DNA of 64,000 nucleotides from Candidatus Latescibacterota bacterium (GTDB taxonomy: Bacteria; Latescibacterota; UBA2968): assembly GCA_965204375.1 (NCBI GenBank), contig OZ241986.1, positions 640,001 through 704,000 on the forward strand. The letters run 5' to 3'. Of the stretch, positions 47,052-58,659 are shown piece by piece. The notes under the pieces are model-generated. The model was not told the origin of the DNA. It was given only the letters and a program-made list of their open reading frames with translations, and did not search any database. The first letter of the stretch is position 1. The number at the start of each line of letters is the position of its first letter. Position numbers and translations under genes: made by a program.

Positions 47052-47549
47052 GTGAAATTAGAAACCGATGAAGCCGTTGAGAAGGCCAAGGCGTATGTCT
47101 TGCGCTTGCTGGGCAATAGGGCTTATACAAAAAAAGAGATTTGCGACAAACTCGCTGGACGGGATTATGAGCAAGATGCGATTGAACAGACTCTCTCGAT
47201 GCTCGAGCGTCTCAATTTAATTGATGATGTGTTGTTTGCGCGTCAATTTGTCGAGCAGCGGTTGCGATTGCGGCCTTCTGGACGGATGGCACTTGTGCGC
47301 GATCTCGTGCATCGGGGTGTTCCGACTGAGATAATCGATCGCGTTTTGGACGATGTTTTGGCAGATATTGATATTGAAGATGTCGCACTCGATTTGCTGA
47401 TGGGCAGGGCAAATCGCTACCGGGGATTGTCTCGTGAGAAAGCGCTCGGGCGGATGTACGGTTTTTTGGGGCGCAGGGGATTTGAGGTTTCGGTTGCGCG
47501 AGATGTCGCTCAAAAAGTGTGGTCTAAAATAGAAAATGAAGAGGGTTGA
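47052..47549 (+). CDS. recX: RecX regulator
   Basis: LRLL..R.....E...KL, IDD..FA, L.RRGF; lies before alaS. Confidence 0.9.
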   Translation: MKLETDEAVEKAKAYVLRLLGNRAYTKKEICDKLAGRDYEQDAIEQTLSMLERLNLIDDVLFARQFVEQRLRLRPSGRMALVRDLVHRGVPTEIIDRVLDDVLADIDIEDVALDLLMGRANRYRGLSREKALGRMYGFLGRRGFEVSVARDVAQKVWSKIENEEG

Positions 47550-47556
47550 ATAGAAG

Positions 47557-50172
47557 ATGAAGACTGCTGTACAAATTCGCGAAGAGTTTCAGGCATTTTT
47601 TGAATCCAAAGGCCATACGCGGGTTCAAAGTGCCCCTCTATTGCCGCAAGACGATCCCACCCTTTTGTTTACCAATGCGGGTATGAATCAGTTTAAGGAT
47701 GTATTTTTGGGTTCCGGGCGTCGGTCTTATTCACGGGCGGTTGATACGCAGAAGTGTTTGCGGGTTTCGGGTACACACAACGACTTGGAAGAAGTGGGAT
47801 TCAGCCCCAACCATCACACGTTTTTTGAGATGTTGGGCAACTGGTCTTTTGGCGACTACTTTAAAGAAGAAGCTATAGCATGGGCGTGGGAGTTGCTCAC
47901 AGATGTGTGGCAGTTGCCAAAAGATCGCATGTGGGCAACGGTGTTTGGCGGCGACGAGGAGGACGGCCTGGAGGCCGATGTGGAGGCTGAAAATCTCTGG
48001 ACGCGCGTGACGGATTTGCCCGCCAATCGCGTGTTGCGTCTGGACAAGAAAGATAATTTTTGGGAGATGGGGAGTACTGGCCCTTGTGGCCCGTGTTCTG
48101 AAGTACACTTTTATCTCGGCGATGACCCGGCGCAACAGGATGCCGTGCCGGATTTAGACGCTGAGGATTATGTCGAGATCTGGAATCTGGTTTTTATTCA
48201 GTACAATCGCGATGCCGATGGTATATTGCAGCCTTTGCCAGCTCAGCACGTGGATACGGGGATGGGGTTTGAGCGGATTTGCTCAATTTTGCAGGGGGTA
48301 CAAACGACTTACGATACGGATGTGTTTTTGCCAATTATTGGGGCGATCAGTGAGATTACTCGAAAACCCTATAACCAAGACCATCAGGTGCCCATACGCG
48401 TGATTGCCGATCACGTGCGTGCACTCGCTTTTGCAATAGCAGACGGGACGTTGCCGTCCAATGAAGGGCGAGGTTATGTTTTACGGCGAATTTTGCGTCG
48501 CGCCGCACGGTTTGGACGCACGCTGGGAATGCATGAGCCGTTTATATTTCGACTGGTAGAGACAGTAGCCAGTGAAATGCGTGTTGCTTTTCCCGAGGTG
48601 GCAGAAAAACGCGATTATATTACACGGGTGATTCGGTCTGAGGAAGAGGGATTTGGCAAAACACTGGATCGCGGGCTGGAAATTTTTGACGCGATGCAGG
48701 CAAAAGGACATATTTCCGGGACAGATGCTTTCCAGTTATACGATACCTATGGCTTTCCCATTGATTTGACGCGGTTGATGGCAGCCGAAAAAGGTATTGA
48801 GGTGGATGAGGAGGGTTTTGAAGCGCAGATGGCAGCGCAACAGACGCGATCTCGTGAGGCGAACAAAAATGTGTTTGCACCACAAGAGACACATCGGGAA
48901 CTGCCGGAAAAGCATTCGGAATTTGTGGGATACGAAACGCTTGTATCCAATTCGCGCATTGTCGCCTGTCAACCCGCACAGGATGAGATGTTGGATCTCT
49001 ATCTGGATGTAACGCCATTTTATGCCGAGTCTGGTGGGCAGGTTGGGGATAAGGGTGAACTTGTAGGCGAAGGTGTGCGCTTTGAGGTAGCGACTACATT
49101 TAAGGCGGGAGAAGCAATTGTTCATCGCGGTCGCCTGTGCAATGGGCAGGCCGAAGGGCTGGTGGGGACAGGCGTGAAGGCGCGCGTCGATGTTGAAATC
49201 CGTTTGAATACAGCGCGCAATCACACGGCTACGCATCTGATGCATCGCGCTTTGCGGCAGGTATTGGGCGATCATGTACACCAGGCTGGTTCGCTGGTTG
49301 CCCCAGATAGGTTGCGCTTTGATTTTACGCATTTTGAAGGTGTAACGCCCGCGCAATTAGACGATATTGTGGGCATTGTCAATGACGCGGTCAGGCGGGA
49401 TTGGGCTGTCGATATTTCTTTTGGCTCATTGGATCGCGCCGTGGAAATGGGTGCGATGATGTTGTTTAACGAAAAATATGGCGATGTGGTGCGCATGGTG
49501 CAGGTAGGGGATTTTAGCCTGGAGTTGTGTGGTGGCACGCATGTGCAAAGCACCGGGCAAATCGGGCTGTTTCAACTCACGCAAGAGACGGGTACTGCAG
49601 CCGGTGTGCGGCGCATTGAGGCGGTTACCGGGCCGGGTGCAGAAGCCCTCGTGCGCGAGCAAAAGAAAATTTTGGTCGATCTCTCGTCGCAACTGAGTGC
49701 GTCAACATCGGAATTGTCGGATAAGGTCGCGCACCTGATCGCGCACAATCGCGAACTCGAGCGCGAGTTGCAGAGTTTGCGGCGGGAGCAGGCCGGTTCA
49801 GAGATGGATATGCTGGTGAGCAGTGCTCTGAATGTAAATGGGGTGCGCGTTGTGGCCGCCGAGGTCTCGCCGCCCGATATGGAAGGATTTCGCACAATGG
49901 GTGACGGTTTGCGCGATGCCTTGGGTACAGAGGGCGTTGGGGTGATTGGTGCGAATTTAAATGGCAAAGCATCGCTTCTCGCTGTGGTGACAGACGATCT
50001 GATCGGTCGGGGTGTGCAGGCTGGCAATGTTGTCAAAGCCATCGCACAGATTGTGGGTGGTGGTGGCGGTGGTCGCCCCCATCTGGCGCAGGCCGGTGGC
50101 AAGTTTCCCGAAAGGATTGGAGAGGCTCTGGCGCGAGTGCCCGACATCATTCGGACACAGGTGGGAGGGTAA
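47557..50172 (+). CDS. alaS: Alanyl-tRNA synthetase
   Basis: FTNAGMNQFK, HHTFFEMLGNWSFGDYFK, HTATH, ELCGGTH. Confidence 0.98.
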   Translation: MKTAVQIREEFQAFFESKGHTRVQSAPLLPQDDPTLLFTNAGMNQFKDVFLGSGRRSYSRAVDTQKCLRVSGTHNDLEEVGFSPNHHTFFEMLGNWSFGDYFKEEAIAWAWELLTDVWQLPKDRMWATVFGGDEEDGLEADVEAENLWTRVTDLPANRVLRLDKKDNFWEMGSTGPCGPCSEVHFYLGDDPAQQDAVPDLDAEDYVEIWNLVFIQYNRDADGILQPLPAQHVDTGMGFERICSILQGVQTTYDTDVFLPIIGAISEITRKPYNQDHQVPIRVIADHVRALAFAIADGTLPSNEGRGYVLRRILRRAARFGRTLGMHEPFIFRLVETVASEMRVAFPEVAEKRDYITRVIRSEEEGFGKTLDRGLEIFDAMQAKGHISGTDAFQLYDTYGFPIDLTRLMAAEKGIEVDEEGFEAQMAAQQTRSREANKNVFAPQETHRELPEKHSEFVGYETLVSNSRIVACQPAQDEMLDLYLDVTPFYAESGGQVGDKGELVGEGVRFEVATTFKAGEAIVHRGRLCNGQAEGLVGTGVKARVDVEIRLNTARNHTATHLMHRALRQVLGDHVHQAGSLVAPDRLRFDFTHFEGVTPAQLDDIVGIVNDAVRRDWAVDISFGSLDRAVEMGAMMLFNEKYGDVVRMVQVGDFSLELCGGTHVQSTGQIGLFQLTQETGTAAGVRRIEAVTGPGAEALVREQKKILVDLSSQLSASTSELSDKVAHLIAHNRELERELQSLRREQAGSEMDMLVSSALNVNGVRVVAAEVSPPDMEGFRTMGDGLRDALGTEGVGVIGANLNGKASLLAVVTDDLIGRGVQAGNVVKAIAQIVGGGGGGRPHLAQAGGKFPERIGEALARVPDIIRTQVGG

Positions 50173-50183
50173 GTAGTGCCTCA

Positions 50184-50933
50184 ATGTCGATATTCGAACA
50201 GTTGGTGGCTATTCGCAATCGCCGCGGGGCGGGGTTTTTGCCCTATCTGGATCCCGACAGGCTCGACAAGAACGATCTGGGGCGCACGGCCTCTCTTTGC
50301 GAAGCGCAGGGGGCAGACGCCATTTTGATCGGCGGCAGTTTTTTGCTATCCACCAATTTTGATCGCATGGTGAGCGAGGTTGTACGCGCTGTAGATATTC
50401 CGGTGATTATATTTCCCGGCGATACCAACCAGATCTCAGCGGCTGCCGATGCGATTATGTTTTTGTCGCTTATCAGTGGACGCAATCCCGAATTGCTGAT
50501 CGGGCAACACGTCAAGGCCGCGCCAATTTTGAAAGCACACGGCTTAGAGGCCATTGCAACCGGCTACGCGCTCGTAGATACAGGGCAATTAACCACAGCC
50601 GAATACGTGAGCAACACACGTCCCTTGCCGCGCGACAAACCCGAGATTGCAATGGCGCATGCTCTTGCCGCTGAGTATTTGGGTATGCAATGCGTGTATT
50701 TGGATGCCGGTAGCGGGCCAGAGTTGATGGTACCCGAAGAAATAGTACAGGCAGTCTGTAGTTATGTGTCAATCCCAATAATTGTCGGTGGTGGCATTCG
50801 CGATCCCAAAGCTGCGGCAAAGCGGGTCGCATTGGGTGCATCTTTTGTGGTGGTTGGTAGCATTTTTGAAGAAACGGGCTGGGATGCCGCGCTGATTGGC
50901 GCGTTTGCCTCTGCTATTCACTGTCTCGACTGA
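50184..50933 (+). CDS. Geranylgeranylglyceryl-phosphate synthase family (group II-like)
   Basis: LDPD, GGS, FPG, SLISGRNPELLIG.H, YLDAGSG, VGGGIR. Confidence 0.9.
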   Translation: MSIFEQLVAIRNRRGAGFLPYLDPDRLDKNDLGRTASLCEAQGADAILIGGSFLLSTNFDRMVSEVVRAVDIPVIIFPGDTNQISAAADAIMFLSLISGRNPELLIGQHVKAAPILKAHGLEAIATGYALVDTGQLTTAEYVSNTRPLPRDKPEIAMAHALAAEYLGMQCVYLDAGSGPELMVPEEIVQAVCSYVSIPIIVGGGIRDPKAAAKRVALGASFVVVGSIFEETGWDAALIGAFASAIHCLD

Positions 50934-51003
50934 GTCCATTTTTTCACAATTGGGGATGTCGTTACCGTCTTTGCGGACGGTTTTTTTATGCGAGTGTATT
51001 GTT

Positions 51004-51894
51004 ATGTCTATTTCATCTGGCGCAGTATTGTGTTACGGTGTACTGGGTATCGATCAAATCGTGCAAGTGGCCTGGTTTCCCGAGCGCAATGGACACACGC
51101 GCGCGTTTAGAGACGAGGAATTTGCTGGTGGAGAAGCGACCAATACGGCGGTGACGTTGAGCGGATTGGGGGTTGACGTGCGGTTGATGGGGTGTGCAAT
51201 CGGAGATGATCGCAGGGGCGCGCTTTTTTTGCGCACGATGCGTCAATTTGATGTGGATATTCGCAGGCTCGATATAGATCCGAGCGTTCGCACCGGGCAT
51301 GCCGTTATCCTGTCTGATGTCAATGGTGGACGAACGATTTGTGGGCATTTTCCCGATGTGCGCAGCAGGCCACTAACTGAGGCGGATCTCGACGGTGTCA
51401 CCCTGTTGTCGGTTGATCCCTTTTTGGGTGAAAATGCAATCCGAGCAGCTCAAATTGCACGAGAGCATGATATAACTGTGTTTGCTATTGAACTGTCTCC
51501 CGATCACCCGCTTGCAAAATTCTGTGATGTGGTGATCAATTCTGACGGTTTTATGCGCCGACACAGAATGGGCATGCCCTCGGATGTGGCGGTTGGGCTT
51601 TTGAAGGCCGGTATAGAAACCGTGGTGATTACCAGGGGAAAACAGGGATGTCAAGTTTTTCAGGAAAATGGCAATAGTTTTGAACAGCCCGCATACCAGG
51701 TCACTGCGCGCGATACAACGGGAGCGGGAGATGCCTTTCGAGCCGGTCTTATTTACGGGTATTTGCAGGGATGGACGCTGACGCGCAGTGTGCAATTTGC
51801 CAGCGGAAGTGCGGCGTTAACATGTACCAGGGCCGGTGGAGCAGGGCATATTCACGGGGAAGAACAGGTCTTGCAACTGATTGCCGAAGATTGA
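51004..51894 (+). CDS. PfkB-family carbohydrate kinase
   Basis: GG...N.A, DTTGAGDAF. Confidence 0.9.
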   Translation: MSISSGAVLCYGVLGIDQIVQVAWFPERNGHTRAFRDEEFAGGEATNTAVTLSGLGVDVRLMGCAIGDDRRGALFLRTMRQFDVDIRRLDIDPSVRTGHAVILSDVNGGRTICGHFPDVRSRPLTEADLDGVTLLSVDPFLGENAIRAAQIAREHDITVFAIELSPDHPLAKFCDVVINSDGFMRRHRMGMPSDVAVGLLKAGIETVVITRGKQGCQVFQENGNSFEQPAYQVTARDTTGAGDAFRAGLIYGYLQGWTLTRSVQFASGSAALTCTRAGGAGHIHGEEQVLQLIAED

Positions 51895-51930
51895 TTTTCA
51901 AAAGTTTTCTGATTATGGGTGGTATAGACG

Positions 51931-52191
51931 ATGCTGGAACAACGGGCTACGGTAAAAAATAAATTGGGCCTTCACGCGAGACCCGCGGCTTTGCTGGTAC
52001 AGGCAGCGGCTAAATTTACTTCTGAAATTACACTGGAAAAAGATGGTCTGGCAATCAATGGCAAGAGTATTATGGGTGTGATGATGTTGGCTGCGGAAGT
52101 GGGTTCTGTGATCACGGTGCGGGTCGAAGGTGAAGATGCCTGCACCGCACTGGATCATATCGTCGAAATGATTGAATCAAAATTTGACTGA
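51931..52191 (+). CDS. ptsH: PTS HPr
   Basis: GLHARPA (His15), KSIMGV (Ser46). Confidence 0.95.
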   Translation: MLEQRATVKNKLGLHARPAALLVQAAAKFTSEITLEKDGLAINGKSIMGVMMLAAEVGSVITVRVEGEDACTALDHIVEMIESKFD

Positions 52192-52194
52192 GCT

Positions 52195-53979
52195 ATGAAA
52201 TATCTCAAAGGCATACAGGCGTCTCCGGGCATTGCAATTGCACCGGTGTATTTGCACGATCCAGAAGAGTTTCCCGTGGAGCAACGCCGGATAGATCCCC
52301 GCGATATTCCCGCAGAAAAAGCGAGACTGCAAGAGGCAATCAAAGCGGTGTCTGAGGATTTCTCGGCCACGCGGGCACATGTCGAGGACATACTGGGCAA
52401 AGAGCACGCGCAGATATTCGACGCGCATCTGCTCATGTTGCAAGATCCCATGCTTCTCGAGCTTACATATCCACATATAGAAAAATACAATGCCGAATAC
52501 GCTTTCTGGACGACTTTCCAGAATTTGCGTCGTCAATTTGAAGCGTTTCAAGATGATTATTTGAGAGAACGGGGTGCCGATTTATTGGGCATTGCAAAGC
52601 GGGTATTGGCCAAATTGGGGAATTGGGAAAAAGCAGGGTTAGACCGATTGCCCGACAAAGCAATTGTCGTTGCACGCGATTTAATGCCCGATGATATGGC
52701 ACACTTGCAACCCGATCGGGTTTTGGGACTTGTGACAGAGGTTGGTGGCCACACATCCCATGCGATTATTCTGGCGCGCGGATTAGAGATCCCCGCTGTT
52801 GTCAGCGTTGCCAACGCACTATCTAATGCGCGTATAGGCGATATCGCGATAGTAGATGGTCGCCGCGGAGATTTTATTCTCAACCCGGATGATAAAACAC
52901 TCGCACAGTATCGAAGCCTGGCTGAAAAACTGAGAAGGCGAAAGGCCGGGTTGGTCGATTCCCGAAATTTGCCCGCCCAGACTGAGGACGGCGTTCGGGT
53001 CGCGTTGCAGGCCAATGTGGAATTGCCCAGCGAGGTGCATTCTGCGATGGACTACGGTGCTGAAGGCGTCGGGTTGTACCGCACGGAATATCTCTATCTC
53101 GCCAGCGATAGTTTGCCCGATGAGGCCTCGCAGGTTGCCGCTTATTCGCAAATGGCCAGGCGCATTGCGCCGCATCCTCTCGTGATTCGCACCCTGGATC
53201 TGGGGGGCGATAAAATGTCGCATGTAATCAATACACAGACAGAAATGAATCCCTTTTTGGGGTTGCGATCCATCCGGCTGACGCTGAGGCACCGCGATCT
53301 TTTTAAAATACAGCTTCGGGCGATTTTAAAAGCGAGTGCCGTTGGCAATGTGAAGTTGATGTTGCCCCTGATTTCGGGGGTTGACGAATTGCGCGAGGCT
53401 CTTGCCGTGCTCGATGATGTGCGCGAAGAATTGACACGAGAAGGTGTACCTTTTGACCTTCAGTGTCCCGTTGGAGTCATGATCGAAGTCCCTTCTGCTG
53501 CGCTGATAGCCGATCAATTGGCAAGGGAAGTCGATTTTTTTAGTATTGGTACCAATGACCTGATCCAGTACACGCTTGCAGTTGATCGCGGCAATGATCT
53601 CGTCTCGTATTTATTCGATCCGTTTCACCCCGCGGTCTTGCGATTGATTAAGGGCGTGGTCGATGCAGCGCATGCACAAAATATACCGGTGACTGTTTGC
53701 GGTGAGATGGCGGGAGATCCGCGTTCTGGATTGTTGCTGGCAGGCATGGGGGTTGATAAGCTGTCTATGACGCCTTCGGCATTGCCCGAGGTCAAACGCG
53801 CAATTCGGAATACATCCTTTAAGCAGCTTCAGGCACTTGGCGAAGATGTGCTCAATATGCAGGAGATCGCAGATATTCGGGCGCGTGTAAACGCCACTTT
53901 ATCCGATGAGGATGACGAGACGTTCGTTGGCGGGGAGAGTGGTGAGACGACACTACAAATGAGATTGTCATTGTTCTGA
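52195..53979 (+). CDS. ptsI: PTS enzyme I
   Basis: GGHTSH, GLYRTE, RTLDLGGDK, SIGTNDL.QY, CGEMA. Confidence 0.95.
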   Translation: MKYLKGIQASPGIAIAPVYLHDPEEFPVEQRRIDPRDIPAEKARLQEAIKAVSEDFSATRAHVEDILGKEHAQIFDAHLLMLQDPMLLELTYPHIEKYNAEYAFWTTFQNLRRQFEAFQDDYLRERGADLLGIAKRVLAKLGNWEKAGLDRLPDKAIVVARDLMPDDMAHLQPDRVLGLVTEVGGHTSHAIILARGLEIPAVVSVANALSNARIGDIAIVDGRRGDFILNPDDKTLAQYRSLAEKLRRRKAGLVDSRNLPAQTEDGVRVALQANVELPSEVHSAMDYGAEGVGLYRTEYLYLASDSLPDEASQVAAYSQMARRIAPHPLVIRTLDLGGDKMSHVINTQTEMNPFLGLRSIRLTLRHRDLFKIQLRAILKASAVGNVKLMLPLISGVDELREALAVLDDVREELTREGVPFDLQCPVGVMIEVPSAALIADQLAREVDFFSIGTNDLIQYTLAVDRGNDLVSYLFDPFHPAVLRLIKGVVDAAHAQNIPVTVCGEMAGDPRSGLLLAGMGVDKLSMTPSALPEVKRAIRNTSFKQLQALGEDVLNMQEIADIRARVNATLSDEDDETFVGGESGETTLQMRLSLF

Positions 53980-54000
53980 TTTTTTTACAGGAGCAGGTTT

Positions 54001-55134
54001 ATGGGCCGTTTGTTTACGTCGGAGTCGGTTTCTGAAGGGCATCCAGATAAGGTGGCAGATCAAATTTCGGATGCTGTACTCGATGCTATGTTGGAGAAAG
54101 ATCCCAAATCGAGGGTGGCTTGCGAAACGCTGGTGACAACCGGGCTTGTGCTGATCGCAGGGGAAGTGACCAGTAAGGCTACCGTGGATTTTCAGTCGCT
54201 GGTGCGCGGCGTGATTAAAGATATTGGCTATACGGATTCGAGCTATGGATTTGATTACAGAAGTTGTGCTGTGTTGGTGGCTTTAGACCAGCAATCGTCC
54301 GATATTGCACAGGGGGTAGATACGGGTGGAGCGGGCGATCAGGGGATGATGTTTGGATATGCGTGTCGAGAAACACCTGAACTGATGCCGTTGCCCATTA
54401 CCCTGTCTCACCAATTGGTGGCAGAACTCGCGCAAATTCGCAAAGACAAAGGGCTTTCGTATTTGCGCCCCGATAGCAAAGCACAGGTAACGGTGGAATA
54501 CGACGGGGACGAGCCAGTTCGCGTTCATACAGTGGTGGTTTCGACGCAGCACGATGAAGATGTATCGCACGAGCAGATTAAGCGGGATGTGAAAGAGAAG
54601 GTGATCCGCGAGGTGGTGCCCACGCATCTTTTGGATGGAGATACAATCTATCACGTCAACCCAACCAAAAAATTTGTGGTGGGGGGACCACACGGCGATT
54701 GCGGGTTGACCGGGCGAAAAATTATTGTGGATACGTACGGTGGGATGGGGCGACACGGCGGTGGAGCATTTTCCGGCAAGGATCCGAGCAAGGTGGATCG
54801 CAGTGGGCATTATGCGGCGCGCTGGGTCGCCAAAAATGTCGTTGCTGCGGGCCTGGCATCTCGATGCGAAGTGCAACTGGCCTACGCGATCGGGGTGAAA
54901 AAACCCGTTTCAATCGCCGTAGATACGTTTGGTACGAGTAAAATTGAGGAATCAAAAATCGTTGATCTGATTGACGATCACTTTGACCTGACGCCGTCTG
55001 GCATTATTGCAGCACTCGAGTTGACCAGGCCCATTTACCAATGCACGGCTGCTTATGGGCATTTTGGACGCGGAGAATTTACATGGGAGCAGACGAGTAA
55101 AGCCAAGGTCTTAAAAAAAGCCGCCGGGCTGTAA
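54001..55134 (+). CDS. metK: S-adenosylmethionine synthetase
   Basis: [27 protein letters not shown]. Confidence 0.98.
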   Translation: MGRLFTSESVSEGHPDKVADQISDAVLDAMLEKDPKSRVACETLVTTGLVLIAGEVTSKATVDFQSLVRGVIKDIGYTDSSYGFDYRSCAVLVALDQQSSDIAQGVDTGGAGDQGMMFGYACRETPELMPLPITLSHQLVAELAQIRKDKGLSYLRPDSKAQVTVEYDGDEPVRVHTVVVSTQHDEDVSHEQIKRDVKEKVIREVVPTHLLDGDTIYHVNPTKKFVVGGPHGDCGLTGRKIIVDTYGGMGRHGGGAFSGKDPSKVDRSGHYAARWVAKNVVAAGLASRCEVQLAYAIGVKKPVSIAVDTFGTSKIEESKIVDLIDDHFDLTPSGIIAALELTRPIYQCTAAYGHFGRGEFTWEQTSKAKVLKKAAGL

Positions 55135-55211
55135 TATTTTCAATATCATCTTGCCAATTTTTTAGCGCGGAATTCATTTCCGCGCTTTTTTTGTTCTGCG
55201 TAAATGCGTCC

Positions 55212-56573
55212 TCATCTTTCGAGGTCGTATTGTTTTATTTTTTTGTGCAAGTTGGTGCGTTCGATGCCCAGGGCATTGGATGCGCGTGTGACATTGCCTT
55301 TGTGGCGCTCCAGCGCCTCAGCAATGTAGTGTCGCTCAACAGCCTCGCGCACCTGACGAAGTGTTTTTCCCGCGCCGAGATCCGGGAAAGAACCGGGTTG
55401 TTTTGGAATGGTCATACCATCTAAAGTAGGTAAATCTTCGGGGTAGATGGTGTCTCCTGAAACCATAATTGAGAGGCGTTCAACCAGGTTTTTCAGTTCG
55501 CGGATGTTGCCGGGCCAGTCGTATTGCAAGAGCAGGTCTCGCGCTTCTGCCGATAGTGCTTTGGGTAAAAAACCATTTTCTTCGGCATAGGCTTTGAGGA
55601 AGTGTTCGGCCAGCGCGGGGATATCTTCGCGGCGCTCCCGCAAGGGCGGCGCTGTCAATGGTACCACATTCAGACGAAAGTAGAGGTCTTCTCGAAATTT
55701 GCCCTGCTCGACTTCGGCGTGTAATTTTTTGTTTGTCGCAGCGATGACGCGCACATCTACCCTAAAAGTTTTGGCACCACCTACCCGTTCAAATTCACCC
55801 TGCTCGAGCGCGCGCAAGACCTTGGCCTGTACCGACAGGCTCATGTCGCCAATTTCATCGAGAAATAATGTCCCTCCATCGGCCTGGAGGAATTTGCCAT
55901 CGCGCGTTTTGACCGCGCCGGTAAACGCGCCTCGATCACTTCCGAACAATTCGCTTTCAATGAGTTCTTCGGGAATGGCAGCACAGTTTACTTTGACAAA
56001 GGAGTTTTTCGCTCTGTGACTCATTTTGTGAACAGCGCGGGCAATGAGTTCTTTACCTGTGCCGCTTTCTCCGAGGATGAGGACGCGCCCATTGGTGGGG
56101 GCAACGCGCGCGATCTGGTCGCGAATTTCTGTCAGGGCAGGACTTTGTCCCACCATTTCATAGCGCCCTTCAATTTGTTGCTTGAGGTGGCGGTTTTCCG
56201 CGGCGAGTTCCCGCGTTTGAAGGGCGCGAGAAATCGCCAGGAGCACTTTGTCGCGATCGAGAGGTTTTTCCAGGAAATCATAAGCTCCTCGTTTGATGGC
56301 GAGAACGGCGTTTTGCACATTACCGTGTCCCGAAATCATGATGACTGCCAGATTGGGGCGAACTTCGAGGAGTTTGGGCAACAGGTCAAGGCCGTTGATT
56401 TCTGGCATAACAATGTCGAGCAAGACCAGGTGAATGCGTTCTTTTTGGAGTATGTCAAGACCCGCCTGTGCCGAGGCACAGGTGAAGACCTGATAGCCTT
56501 CACCCGATAGGATCATGTCTAAGGTTCGGCGGATATTTCTTTCGTCGTCAATAATGAGAATATTTTTGTTCAT
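55212..56573 (-). CDS. Sigma54-dependent response regulator (NtrX/NtrC-like)
   Basis: Receiver domain, [15 protein letters not shown]-terminal Fis HTH. Confidence 0.93.
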   Translation of the reverse strand: MNKNILIIDDERNIRRTLDMILSGEGYQVFTCASAQAGLDILQKERIHLVLLDIVMPEINGLDLLPKLLEVRPNLAVIMISGHGNVQNAVLAIKRGAYDFLEKPLDRDKVLLAISRALQTRELAAENRHLKQQIEGRYEMVGQSPALTEIRDQIARVAPTNGRVLILGESGTGKELIARAVHKMSHRAKNSFVKVNCAAIPEELIESELFGSDRGAFTGAVKTRDGKFLQADGGTLFLDEIGDMSLSVQAKVLRALEQGEFERVGGAKTFRVDVRVIAATNKKLHAEVEQGKFREDLYFRLNVVPLTAPPLRERREDIPALAEHFLKAYAEENGFLPKALSAEARDLLLQYDWPGNIRELKNLVERLSIMVSGDTIYPEDLPTLDGMTIPKQPGSFPDLGAGKTLRQVREAVERHYIAEALERHKGNVTRASNALGIERTNLHKKIKQYDLER

Positions 56574-58018
56574 TGCTGTTCCTCCGGTTGCGCTATGGCT
56601 CGGTCGGGAATGGGGAGTTGAAGGTCGAATTGCGCGCCTCCTGCAGGGGCATCTTTGACCGAGATGTGACCTCCGTGATCTTCAATGATGTTGTGTACTA
56701 CGGCAAGGCCCAGGCCCATACCGCTTTCTTTTGTAGAGACATAAGGTTGGAAGATGCGCACGCGATCTTCTAAGGGCACGCCCGGTCCGCTGTCAATTAC
56801 GGACAGTATAGCTGTGTCGTCAGATGTGCGCGTGCGTATCTCGATCTGGCCGTTTTTGCCAGAGGCGTCAAGGGCATTTTCTATAAGATTAATCAGCACC
56901 CGACGCATCTGCTCGGCGTCGAGTTCGAGCGCGGGCTGATTTTCCTCCAGGTCGAGGTGAATGCTGGCATCCGGGTAAAGGCGAACGACATTGTGTACAC
57001 ACTCATTGAGGTCGCTGGGAGACAGCGAGAGAGATGGCATGCGGGCAAAGTTGGCAAATTCCTGAACCAGAGATCTGAGATTTTCGACTTCTTCTGTGAC
57101 GATTTCCGTGCAGTTGGTTACAAAATGTTGATACGCGGGATCATTACCAGAGTATTTGTCGCGCATTTGCTGCACGGCAAGTTGAATGGGCGTTAACGGA
57201 TTTTTTATTTCGTGAGCCAGGCGCCGAGCAATTTCTCGCCAGGCTGCAATTTGCTCGGCTTCGAGTCGTTTGCGTCTGTTTTCAACAAGGTCTTGCGCCA
57301 TCTGATTAAAGGATTCGATAAGTAAGCCGATCTCGTCATCTCTGCCTTTGGGGATGCGGTATTGCAGGTTATCTCGTCCCATTTCTCGCGTGCCTTTAAG
57401 TAGTGCGTTAAGCGGACGCGTGATCCCAAATCCAATGCGAACGCCAATCACAGATGCCAGAAGGACAACGCCTGCGGCGGCGACGAGAAAGGCGAGTAGA
57501 AATGCAGTGTGCAGATCGTCTTCTGCCATTTCAATATGTTTGTACGTATGTACGGCATTTTTGACATCGATGAGCGCCTCGAGTGAAAGCAAGGCAGTTA
57601 GTGCTCGTTGCGAATCGGGAAGTGCGAGTACCAGTTGAAGCTGATCGTTTTCTACTTTGGAGACCACGGGACCTTGCGAAAGGTCTATGTCGATCTGTTC
57701 GAGAGGCGAAACGCGCAGGGTCAGATTGTCGAGACCGGCATCTGCAAACGCGGCGTGTAAGGCATTGAGGTCGCGGTGAGGCGGTGCAGACAAAAGCTGT
57801 CCAATGTCCTGAAGTTGTCGTTTTTTGGCGTCGTAGTTCTCTTTTGCCAAAGAAAGCGCACTGGTCAGCGCACTGCCCATCTCGAGATTGACGTTGGTGT
57901 TGGTCTGAAGGCTCAGCGCCAAAAAGTGTCGTGCGAGTAGCGCGAGTATGAGCGTCGTGCCCAATGCCAGACCAATAAGGGAGGCGATGATGCGCCAGCG
58001 CAAGGGAATAGATCTCAT
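56570..58018 (-). CDS. HAMP sensor histidine kinase (NtrY-like)
   Basis: AAWREIARRLAHEIKNPLTPI, N/G boxes. Confidence 0.92.
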   Translation of the reverse strand: MRSIPLRWRIIASLIGLALGTTLILALLARHFLALSLQTNTNVNLEMGSALTSALSLAKENYDAKKRQLQDIGQLLSAPPHRDLNALHAAFADAGLDNLTLRVSPLEQIDIDLSQGPVVSKVENDQLQLVLALPDSQRALTALLSLEALIDVKNAVHTYKHIEMAEDDLHTAFLLAFLVAAAGVVLLASVIGVRIGFGITRPLNALLKGTREMGRDNLQYRIPKGRDDEIGLLIESFNQMAQDLVENRRKRLEAEQIAAWREIARRLAHEIKNPLTPIQLAVQQMRDKYSGNDPAYQHFVTNCTEIVTEEVENLRSLVQEFANFARMPSLSLSPSDLNECVHNVVRLYPDASIHLDLEENQPALELDAEQMRRVLINLIENALDASGKNGQIEIRTRTSDDTAILSVIDSGPGVPLEDRVRIFQPYVSTKESGMGLGLAVVHNIIEDHGGHISVKDAPAGGAQFDLQLPIPDRAIAQPEEQQ

Positions 58019-58040
58019 GGTTGTGTCTCCAGGCAGAGTG

Positions 58041-58652
58041 TTATTCAGTCAGAAGATGTGGAAGTGCGCTGGGGCGAAATCTGAACAGGTCAATCCAATC
58101 TGGAGATGTGGCTCTGTCCAGCGTGAAAAAAAATTCGAGAAAGCTGCCTTTTTCAATTATCTTGAGCCATTGTCGCGTGCGTTCTCGTTGCTCGGGCGAG
58201 ATTGGGTTTACGTCTATCCGCACCTGCAATGTGATAGGCTCGTCGGGAAAGGGAAGTTGAGCCAGTGCGACTCTCTGAAGTTCAGAACACGCGCGTCGAA
58301 TGTCTTCAAAATGAGACGTTATCTGCGTGTCTGGCCGCGCGGATTGCCGGATGAGGCGATATTGCCCTTCCCAGATGTCGTGTTCCAAACGCCTGAGCAG
58401 GCTGCTTTGTCCCAGATTATCTCCGCGGCCTGTCCGCAGGCGAAATTGCACAGAGATAGATGTCGTCATGCCCGATTCAATGGCGTCAATAGCCCGTTTT
58501 GAAAAGAGAGAATCAATGGTTGCATCAAGGCGCAGGGTGTCGGATTGCACATAAATATAAAGACTGTCTTGCGGTATGTGTTGTGCAAGTAAGGGTTGCA
58601 CGTTGGCAAACAAGCAAACTGTGAGTGTCTGGATGATGAAGAACCGAGCCAT
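58041..58652 (-). CDS. DUF4390-like exported protein
   Basis: Signal peptide; AIESG...L.HDIW...Y pattern; upstream of the NtrY-like kinase. Confidence 0.6.
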   Translation of the reverse strand: MARFFIIQTLTVCLFANVQPLLAQHIPQDSLYIYVQSDTLRLDATIDSLFSKRAIDAIESGMTTSISVQFRLRTGRGDNLGQSSLLRRLEHDIWEGQYRLIRQSARPDTQITSHFEDIRRACSELQRVALAQLPFPDEPITLQVRIDVNPISPEQRERTRQWLKIIEKGSFLEFFFTLDRATSPDWIDLFRFRPSALPHLLTE

Positions 58653-58659
58653 CTCGTCC

